From contig JABDCB010000005.1 in assembly GCA_013288325.1 (NCBI GenBank), forward strand, positions 16,484 through 80,483: DNA of 64,000 nt, given 5' to 3'. The first letter of the stretch is position 1. Each line of letters opens with the position of its first letter. Under the pieces are notes generated by a model that worked only from the letters and a program-made list of their open reading frames with translations, was not told where the DNA came from and searched no databases. Positions 56,836 to 64,000 of the stretch are shown in pieces. The DNA is from Bacteroidota bacterium. GTDB lineage: Bacteria; Bacteroidota; Bacteroidia; Palsa-965. The translations under genes and the position numbers were made by a program.

Positions 56836-59385
56836 CTAGCGGATAACCATTTTGCCTGATCCGATCATATTGTTTCCGTTACGTACAGAGTAGAAGTACA
56901 TGCCTGCTCCCAGTGAGCTAAGTTCCATCGGATAAACCAGGGTGTTAGCTTGTGTTGCGCTGTAAGCTCCTGCAGGGATTATTACTGAACTCAATTCTTT
57001 TCCTACTGCATCATATACACTGCAACGGATTTCAGAACCTGCATTGATACCTTGTGTATTGATCTCGATATTAGTTGAACCATTTGATGGGTTTGGGTAG
57101 ATACGGGTGGCTGATGGAGCCTGTGCTGCTACTGGAGCCTCACCGGTAACCAAGAGGATGGTATTTACAGTGGCATTGGTCAGTACCGGTTTGTTAAGAT
57201 CAAATACAACACTGGAACGGGTACGGATCACAGACCCACCTGGGTTGCCGGCTTTCTGAGATATACGGTATCTGATAAAACCAACACTTCCCGCTTGGTT
57301 ATGTCCGCTGTCTGCAAGCATGATGTTATTTAAGTGCCATACTACCAATCCGTTTGAATTTACACTGTAGGAATAAGGAGCACTGGCGCTGATTGGTTCC
57401 AGAGTAGAAAGATCAAGCAGGGAAGAAAGACTGTCGGTTACAGTTACATTCATGGCAGGAGCTGTTCCGGTATTCTGAAAAGTAACCAGGAAACTAAGTC
57501 TGTCTTTTGCCTGGATTGTTTCTTCTGTTACATATCCATTGGTATGAAACGCTTGTGATTTTACCTGTCTTTCGTTTGGATCCATAGAGGAGTTGATAGT
57601 GTGACAATCGGTAGAAAGATTGTCAGTAGTATCACATTCTGAAATAGAACCGGCGATGTGTGCGTTTACACAGGCATTTACTCCCATTGGTGCAGTGCAG
57701 GATACTGAATCAAGGATGTTGATGGATCCGCTTTGACCGGGTTGCAGGGAGCCGATGTTAAAAGAATAGGTATGTGCGCCGGTAGCATTCCAGGGAGTAG
57801 AGCTGCTCAGGAAAATGATGTTGCTGTCAACACTCATGGTGATAACCACATTGCTGTCGGCTACAGTTCCCTGATTGCTGTAATTTACATAGTAAGTGTT
57901 TTTGAAACAGGCTCCGAAACCGCAGGTGTTGATGCTTACGGTAAGATCGGGGCAGGAAGACTGAGTAGTATCAGCAAAGTTTTTGTTGCTGGCTGTATCA
58001 CCGAGACTAGGGAAGTTAACAGTATAGCCATTCACGCCTGGGCAGGAAAGTCCATAGTATTCTGCATCCGGTAAAGTAACGGTGTAAGTACCGGCAGGAA
58101 CATTGAAGGAGTAGTTACCAAGGCTGTCGGTATTGGTAACCACAAAACCTGGATTTAGTACCACTTGTCTGTTGGCAAGACTAATTTCTCCTGCATCCTT
58201 TGAGCAGTTATGGTTTTTGTCTACAAACAGGTTCCCAAGGATCGCGTTTATCCAGTTACCGTTATCATCAGTTTTTCTTAAAAAGAGGCTGGATTCATTC
58301 AGGTTGTAATTCTGGTAAAATCCGCATTCTACCAAGCCGTTATCATTGGCAATTAAGGAGGAATAGATTGGAATGATCACATTGCTGCCTTCGGTATATT
58401 TTTTTACCCAGGCAAGTGCTCCGGTTGAATCAGTCTTAATCATTAAAGGATTGGAAGAATCATCTCCAAGGATGATGTAACCCTTGTTTGAAGTCTGATA
58501 GATAACAGCATTACCGAAATTGGTATTGGGGTTGTTATAGTTGCGGGTCCATAAAGTATCGCCTTGAGCAGTTGTTTTTGCAACAAACAGATCACTGGTT
58601 GAATTGCTGCTTTGGCCAAGAATCACATAACCTCCGTCATTCACTTGTTTTACAGAAAGTCCTTTGATTGAATAAGCATTGTTGTTGATTGATTTCATCC
58701 AGATGCTATCGCCGCTTGCATCTGTTTTTATCATCATCATGTTTCCACCGTTGTTTCCGGCAAGGATAAACCCACCATCGTTTGACTGCTGAATGCTGGA
58801 TCCCATTACCTGTGTATTCCCGCCTATTACATGAGACCAAATGCTGTCGCCGTTAGCACTTACTTTCTGTATATAGGCTCCGTTCATATTCTGACCGCTT
58901 TTACCGATCATTACAAAACCGCTGTCTGAAGATAAGGTCATAGATTCAGGAGATAAAGGAAGACCAACCAGACGCAGGTTTGCAAAAAATTTGCACCAAA
59001 CTGTGTCACCCTGAGCGTTAAGCTTTATCAGGCCTCCGTATGCGAAAGGGGCTTTATGATTCAATAGCATGCTTCCGAACATGATATATCCGCCTTCAGG
59101 AGTCTGACGAATTACAGAAGGGTTGAAATTGATACAGATCTTTTTCTCCCATACCTTGTTCCCTAAGGCATCCATCTTTACAATAACGGGTCTGTTGCAG
59201 GTCTGAGACGCAGAATCAACAAAAGAGTAATTGGCTCCTATAACATATCCTCCGTCAGAAGTCTGACCGATACACATTCCTGATTGAAGACCATTTTCAG
59301 GCATTGCGATTTGGAATGTGTTTACCTGAGCATAAGAACTCAGAAGTGATGTTAAGGAGATCAGGAGTGTGGCGAACTTTTTCAT
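56836..59385 (-). CDS. large secreted beta-propeller-like protein with T9SS type A C-terminal sorting domain
   Basis: Signal peptide and six or more repeats ending in 'GD(S/T)(I/L/V)W'. The C-terminal domain is 'RIYPNPSNGSTNIEI...GMYFYSV...GKMVIR'. Confidence 0.8.
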   Translation of the reverse strand: MKKFATLLISLTSLLSSYAQVNTFQIAMPENGLQSGMCIGQTSDGGYVIGANYSFVDSASQTCNRPVIVKMDALGNKVWEKKICINFNPSVIRQTPEGGYIMFGSMLLNHKAPFAYGGLIKLNAQGDTVWCKFFANLRLVGLPLSPESMTLSSDSGFVMIGKSGQNMNGAYIQKVSANGDSIWSHVIGGNTQVMGSSIQQSNDGGFILAGNNGGNMMMIKTDASGDSIWMKSINNNAYSIKGLSVKQVNDGGYVILGQSSNSTSDLFVAKTTAQGDTLWTRNYNNPNTNFGNAVIYQTSNKGYIILGDDSSNPLMIKTDSTGALAWVKKYTEGSNVIIPIYSSLIANDNGLVECGFYQNYNLNESSLFLRKTDDNGNWINAILGNLFVDKNHNCSKDAGEISLANRQVVLNPGFVVTNTDSLGNYSFNVPAGTYTVTLPDAEYYGLSCPGVNGYTVNFPSLGDTASNKNFADTTQSSCPDLTVSINTCGFGACFKNTYYVNYSNQGTVADSNVVITMSVDSNIIFLSSSTPWNATGAHTYSFNIGSLQPGQSGSINILDSVSCTAPMGVNACVNAHIAGSISECDTTDNLSTDCHTINSSMDPNERQVKSQAFHTNGYVTEETIQAKDRLSFLVTFQNTGTAPAMNVTVTDSLSSLLDLSTLEPISASAPYSYSVNSNGLVVWHLNNIMLADSGHNQAGSVGFIRYRISQKAGNPGGSVIRTRSSVVFDLNKPVLTNATVNTILLVTGEAPVAAQAPSATRIYPNPSNGSTNIEINTQGINAGSEIRCSVYDAVGKELSSVIIPAGAYSATQANTLVYPMELSSLGAGMYFYSVRNGNNMIGSGKMVIR

Positions 59386-59593
59386 GGCAATGGGTTTGTT
59401 TGTTTTTCTGATACAAGATTACGGCAGCCCTGAATAATATATTTCACGAAATAGGGACCTTGCTTGCCTCTGTAAGAAATCAAAGAGTTATGTAGCCCAT
59501 TACATGGCCTGGATGTAAGAAATGAAAGGTTTGTGTAAGCAAATAAAGAAATCCTAAATTTGCCAGCCTGGATAATGAGAGGAAAAGGCATAC

Positions 59594-59615
59594 TAACCCT
59601 ACTATAACCCTACTA
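59594..59615. repeat. perfect tandem duplication of an 11-mer (taaccctacta x2)
   Basis: Copies at 59594-59604 and 59605-59615, ending 8 nt before the hemH ATG. Confidence 0.9.
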
Positions 59616-59623
59616 AATAAGGA

Positions 59624-60652
59624 ATGAAAACAGGAGTATTATTAATTAATCTGGGTACGCCTGATAGCGCTTCGACCGGTGATGTGCGGAAATACCTTAC
59701 CGAATTTCTGAATGATCCGAGAGTCATCGATATAAACCCCATTGGCCGGTTCTTACTGGTGAATGGGATTATTGTCCCTTTTCGGGCTCCTAAATCGGCT
59801 AAACTATACCAGCATATCTGGACAAAGGATGGTTCCCCGCTTCTTATTTATGGAAATAAAGTAAAAAAGAGCCTGCAGGAAGCTTTGGGTAATGAATTTG
59901 TAGTGGATCTGGGCATGCGTTATGGGAAGCCTACTATTGCAGAGGCGCTGGACAGACTCAGAAAAGCACAGGTAAGCAGAATGGTACTCATCCCGCTCTA
60001 TCCCCAGTATGCCTCTTCCAGTACCGGGTCATCGGTGGAAAAGGCATTGGGTGTTATCAAAGGCTGGGAAGTAACGCCATCCCTCGAAATAATAAGCTAT
60101 TTCTTTAATCAGCCTTCATTTCTGGATGCCTGGGTGGAGGTGGCCCGTAAATACAATATAGCGGATTATGACCATGTTCTGTTCAGCTATCACGGGTTGC
60201 CGGAACGACATATATATAAGAGCTCGGCCCATTACGGGGGAGGGATGTGTAATCTGGGTTCGTGCTGTGATGAGATTAAACCAGGTAACCAGTATTGCTA
60301 CAGAGCTTCCTGTCTGGCTACAACACGTGCCCTTGTTCAACGGCTGGGGATACCGGAGGGGAAGTATACAAGCAGCTTCCAGTCCAGATTGAATGATAAG
60401 TGGATAAAACCCTATTCGGATAAAGTATTGGAAGAACAGGCAAAAGCAGGAGCGAAGCGGATCCTTGTTTTTTCACCGGCCTTTGTGGCCGACTGTCTGG
60501 AGACATTATATGAAATAGGAACGGAATACAATGAGCTGTTCCGTAAGCATGGAGGGGAAAAAATACAATTGGTGGAAAGTCTGAATGACAGCCCTCGCTG
60601 GATAGAAGGACTTAAAGAAATGGTACTTGCCAAAACGCAGGTTAACGTATGA
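59624..60652 (+). CDS. hemH: ferrochelatase
   Basis: 'GVLLINLGTPDS', 'LYPQYASSSTGS' and 'FSYHGLPE'. 342 aa. Confidence 0.94.
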   Translation: MKTGVLLINLGTPDSASTGDVRKYLTEFLNDPRVIDINPIGRFLLVNGIIVPFRAPKSAKLYQHIWTKDGSPLLIYGNKVKKSLQEALGNEFVVDLGMRYGKPTIAEALDRLRKAQVSRMVLIPLYPQYASSSTGSSVEKALGVIKGWEVTPSLEIISYFFNQPSFLDAWVEVARKYNIADYDHVLFSYHGLPERHIYKSSAHYGGGMCNLGSCCDEIKPGNQYCYRASCLATTRALVQRLGIPEGKYTSSFQSRLNDKWIKPYSDKVLEEQAKAGAKRILVFSPAFVADCLETLYEIGTEYNELFRKHGGEKIQLVESLNDSPRWIEGLKEMVLAKTQVNV

Positions 60653-62336
60653 CGAACTTCTTTTTGTAAATAGTGTTATCGGAAGAGGCGGTAATAATGT
60701 AAAGTCCTGGTGGGAATTTACTGGTCCCATCCAGAATAGAGATATTGTCCTCATCCTTTCTCAGAACCTGAACTTTTGAATAGAGTTCCACTCCGGAAAC
60801 ATCCTGAACAATGACAAGTACCTCCTTGTCGGCATCCGAATGGAGCGCAATACTCGGGGGCTGATTTACCATAGAAGGATTGGGGTAAATATTAAAAGAA
60901 AATACACCCGTATAATCAACAGGTACCACTTTTGAATAGGTTGTTTTCCCGTCGTAATCTGTCTGTTTCAACCTGTAATAAGAATATCCTTTCAATGGAT
61001 TTTCATCCTCCGTTTCATATTGAAGTATAGAGGAACTATTACCGGCACCTTTTACCTGTGTAATCGATTCAAAGGCTGTTGCATCGGCAGAACGCTCTAC
61101 CGTAAAATAATCATTGTTTGTTTCAGAAGCAGTGGTCCAGGTCAGGTTTACCTTTCCGATATTGTCTGGCAGCGCATTGAAAGCAACTAACTCTACCGGT
61201 AATGGACTGTTGGTTATTTCCCGGATCCGGTTGTTGTTCCAGTCGGCAATAAATACATTGCTTGCCCACATCTGGTAAACGCCTTGCAGCGGACCATTCA
61301 GTTTGGCAGCGGTAGGAGATCCTCCATCTCCTCCAAAGCCGGCGGTACCGTTCCCGGCAAGGGTTGAAATAAAACCTGTTGTTCCGTCAACCAGCCGAAT
61401 CCGGTTATTGGCGTAGTCGGATATAATAATATTGTAATTCTGGTCTACGGATATACCATAAGGCTGATTGATTTCAGCTGCTGTGGCTGCAGCACCGTCG
61501 CCCATAAATCCGCCAGTACCATTACCTGCAATAGTCGAAATAATACCGGTGGAGGCCGTTATCATCCGTATTCTGTGATTTAAGTAATCAGCAATGTAAA
61601 CATTGTCCAGTGCATCTACGCAAACTGCAGCCGGTTGATTTAATTTTGCAAGTGTAGCCGCTGCACCATCACCTCCATATCCTGCTGCTCCAGTGCCTGC
61701 AATGGTTGAAATATTCCCGGTAAAGGCACTGACTTCCCGTATCCTGTTGTTGCTCTGGTCAGCAATATAAATATCTCCATACTGATCTACAGATACTCCC
61801 TGAGGGTTATTTAGCTGAGCGGCCGTGGCAGCTGCTCCATCTCCAGAGAAACCGGCAGTTCCATTACCGGCAACGGTGTGAATGATACCATGCGGATCAA
61901 CTAACCGGATGACATTGCTGGTCTGTTCGCAAATATAAAGGGAGATTCCGTCGGGACCCAGGGCAACTACCTCCGGATTGTTCAGTGTGGCTGCCGTTGC
62001 AAGCCCCCCGTCGCCGGTATGACCTGCTGCTCCGGTTCCTGCTACGGTGGTAATAATACCGGTAGCAATTGTTACTTTCCGAACCCTGTTATTTGAAAAG
62101 TCAGCGATATAAATATTTCCGACATTATCTACACAAGCACCCGTAGGTGTATTTATTTTTGCAGCGGTAGCTGCGGCACCATCGCCTGAATAACCAGCTG
62201 TACCATTGCCGGCAACAGTATTAATAGTTTGTCCCCCAACGGTAATGGCTACAAACGTCAAACACAAAGAAGCCATTTGTATAAGCCCTTTGCCTTTTAT
62301 AATAGTCCTGAATCGATTTGTAATCCCTTTTAGCAT
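60642..62336 (-). CDS. six-bladed NHL-repeat protein with Ig/Fn3-like domain and T9SS type A C-terminal sorting domain
   Basis: Six repeats of about 56 aa ('T(V/I)AGNGTAG(F/Y)SGDGAAATAA.LN.P.G..VD..GN.YIAD..NNRIR') and the C-terminal domain 'NIYPNPS...GLYIITA...KKFVIR'. Confidence 0.85.
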   Translation of the reverse strand: MLKGITNRFRTIIKGKGLIQMASLCLTFVAITVGGQTINTVAGNGTAGYSGDGAAATAAKINTPTGACVDNVGNIYIADFSNNRVRKVTIATGIITTVAGTGAAGHTGDGGLATAATLNNPEVVALGPDGISLYICEQTSNVIRLVDPHGIIHTVAGNGTAGFSGDGAAATAAQLNNPQGVSVDQYGDIYIADQSNNRIREVSAFTGNISTIAGTGAAGYGGDGAAATLAKLNQPAAVCVDALDNVYIADYLNHRIRMITASTGIISTIAGNGTGGFMGDGAAATAAEINQPYGISVDQNYNIIISDYANNRIRLVDGTTGFISTLAGNGTAGFGGDGGSPTAAKLNGPLQGVYQMWASNVFIADWNNNRIREITNSPLPVELVAFNALPDNIGKVNLTWTTASETNNDYFTVERSADATAFESITQVKGAGNSSSILQYETEDENPLKGYSYYRLKQTDYDGKTTYSKVVPVDYTGVFSFNIYPNPSMVNQPPSIALHSDADKEVLVIVQDVSGVELYSKVQVLRKDEDNISILDGTSKFPPGLYIITASSDNTIYKKKFVIR

Positions 62337-62690
62337 TTATCTGTCTTCTCAGTAAAGAAAAATCCTTACAAATGTTTCAACATGTATTAACTTTAGAGTC
62401 GTTCTTATCACAAAAGAAAAAATCGTTGTCTGTGCTTGCAAAAATAATAATAGCTTACCATTGAATATTAACCGAGCAATAATGTTAATAGCATTGCATC
62501 GTTAATATCTCAATCGAAGTGTTTCCTAAGGCTTTTGATATTGAAAGATACATAAAAAGCGGAACATGACTGCAACTTTTCGGACACTAGTTCAAGAACA
62601 GGACTGTTTTACGGGAGATAAGGAAAGAGGTTACATAAATTTATCTTGTTTGTTTTGTTTTTAATCGCCTGAAAGTCAGAATAGTGAAAT

Positions 62691-63932
62691 ATGTTTTCCA
62701 CGCCTTCTAATTTCTTAATTATAAAAGAAAACGACGAATCTCCATATGGAGATGATGGAATTATTATTGCTATAGACGAAGAGGATACATTGAAAAATGC
62801 AAATAAAGGTGATATTAATCATAGTAAAATCGGTTTTCCTGACTTCAATCATAAAACATGGAAATTTGGCTATTTCTCCTATGACTATAAAAACAAACTC
62901 GAGCAATTATACTCCGCCAACCTTCCCTTTTTAGACGTTCCTGACCATTATTTTCTTGACCCCGGATTTGTAATAAGAGAGAAAAAAGGAAGAAGAGAAG
63001 TATTAAAAAATGACTACGAGTTTGATAATCAGTATATTGATGATATTTTAACAGCATTTACTTCAAACCGGGCATCTTCCATACCTCCCCTCTCTATCTA
63101 TGCCCGCCAAAGTCGTAGGTCTTACCTGGAACAAGTGGAAAAAATAAAAGGACACATACAGGCCGGGGATATTTATGAATTGAACTTTTGCATGGAATTT
63201 TATGCGGAGGATGTCCATATTGACCCTTTTGTGATCTATAACCGGTTGAATAAGGTTTCCAAAGCTCCGTTTTCGGCTTTTTGCCGTTTTGGTGATTTGT
63301 ATGTTATCTCTGCCAGCCCGGAGCGATTTCTGAAAAAAAGCGGCCCCCGCTTATTATCTCAACCTATTAAAGGTACTAGGCGAAGGGGCATTGATACGAA
63401 AGAAGATGACCAGCTCAGGAAAGAGCTATTAAAGGATGAGAAAGAACGATCGGAAAATGTGATGATCGTAGATCTTGTCAGGAATGATTTAAGCAGAGTG
63501 GCAAGGAAGGGAACTGTAAAGGTAGATGAGTTATTCGGCATATACTCTTTTCCACAGGTGCATCAGATGATCTCTACGGTTTCATGCGAATTGAATCCGA
63601 AAGCTTCTTTTCATGATATCATTAAGGCTACATTCCCGATGGGATCCATGACAGGAGCACCCAAAGTAAGGGCTATGGAATTAATTGATGAATTTGAAAA
63701 TTCACGGAGAGGGCTCTATTCGGGGGCTGTTGGTTATATCACCCCGGAAGGAGATTTTGATTTCAGTGTGATAATCCGGACAATTTTGTATGATTCTAAA
63801 CAACATCGTCTTTCTTTTTCTGTCGGAAGCGCTATTACTGCTTTGAGCGACCCTGAAAAGGAATATGAAGAATGTCTTTTGAAAGCCAAAGCCCTGATCG
63901 ATGCCCTGAATGCCAACATAGTTAATGAATAA
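62691..63932 (+). CDS. pabB: aminodeoxychorismate synthase component I (chorismate-binding enzyme)
   Basis: 'SPERFL', 'PIKGTRRRG', 'ENVMIVDLVRND' and 'FPMGSMTGAPK'. 413 aa. Confidence 0.85.
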   Translation: MFSTPSNFLIIKENDESPYGDDGIIIAIDEEDTLKNANKGDINHSKIGFPDFNHKTWKFGYFSYDYKNKLEQLYSANLPFLDVPDHYFLDPGFVIREKKGRREVLKNDYEFDNQYIDDILTAFTSNRASSIPPLSIYARQSRRSYLEQVEKIKGHIQAGDIYELNFCMEFYAEDVHIDPFVIYNRLNKVSKAPFSAFCRFGDLYVISASPERFLKKSGPRLLSQPIKGTRRRGIDTKEDDQLRKELLKDEKERSENVMIVDLVRNDLSRVARKGTVKVDELFGIYSFPQVHQMISTVSCELNPKASFHDIIKATFPMGSMTGAPKVRAMELIDEFENSRRGLYSGAVGYITPEGDFDFSVIIRTILYDSKQHRLSFSVGSAITALSDPEKEYEECLLKAKALIDALNANIVNE

Positions 63933-64000
63933 CTATTCCTGGTCGAAAGCCAGGTTTGGGAATTTAAATCATAAGTCATACACCATAAATCTTAAATTTG

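Noticed and set aside
62337-62690. 350-bp AT-rich divergent region upstream of pabB and the NHL cargo gene, checked for folate or ZTP-type riboswitch features
   Set aside because: Only short AT-rich hairpins are present, with no conserved riboswitch core. It is most simply a divergent promoter region.
63938-63957. Possible terminator after pabB (cctgg tcgaaag ccagg ttt)
   Set aside because: The stem is only 5 bp and the T run only 3 nt. That is too weak to call as a feature.
1-64000. Looked for mobile elements, integrases, transposase fragments, tRNA genes or flanking direct repeats that would mark a genomic island
   Set aside because: None was recognised. Housekeeping genes are interspersed throughout, so the window looks like core chromosome with small accessory insertions rather than a horizontally acquired island.

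Overview
Densely packed chromosomal segment of a Bacteroidota genome. The phylum call rests on T9SS type A and type B C-terminal sorting domains, a PorV/PorU-like gene pair, TAnnTTTG -7 promoter boxes and several non-ATG starts. About 50 protein genes are supported. Most are housekeeping: frr (5' partial), rfbA, polyprenyl synthase, sucA-sucB, trpS, ilvE, gpmI, recQ, kdsD, tatC, lptB, purS, pssA, lnt, lpdA, hemH and pabB. I recognised no rRNA, tRNA, CRISPR array, transposase or integrase, so this is not an obvious mobile island. Several things are not explained by routine annotation. (1) A kinase-less phosphorelay cluster at 33.5-36.3 kb holds a LytTR regulator, two receiver domains with a C-terminal membrane anchor, a CheY-like receiver and an Hpt protein. 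(2) An array of 18 complete 21-bp tandem repeats (41829-42227) lies just upstream of the tatC promoter; it has internal dyad symmetry and three open reading frames. (3) A PorV-like barrel is paired with a 1686-aa PorU-like C25 peptidase and a BamE-like lipoprotein (47.1-53.7 kb). (4) A complete cyanophycin synthesis and degradation locus lies at 28.5-33.2 kb. (5) An AT-rich islet at 21.1-22.3 kb contains a promoter-to-terminator mini-gene for a 25-aa hydrophobic peptide and a possible Ile/Val leader-peptide attenuator ahead of ilvE. (6) A 0.5-kb ORF-free gap (23.2-23.7 kb) ends in a strong plus-strand intrinsic terminator and may encode an sRNA. (7) There are several strong GC-rich palindromes and a C10 tract. 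All functional assignments come from reading motifs in the supplied translations; no database search was run.
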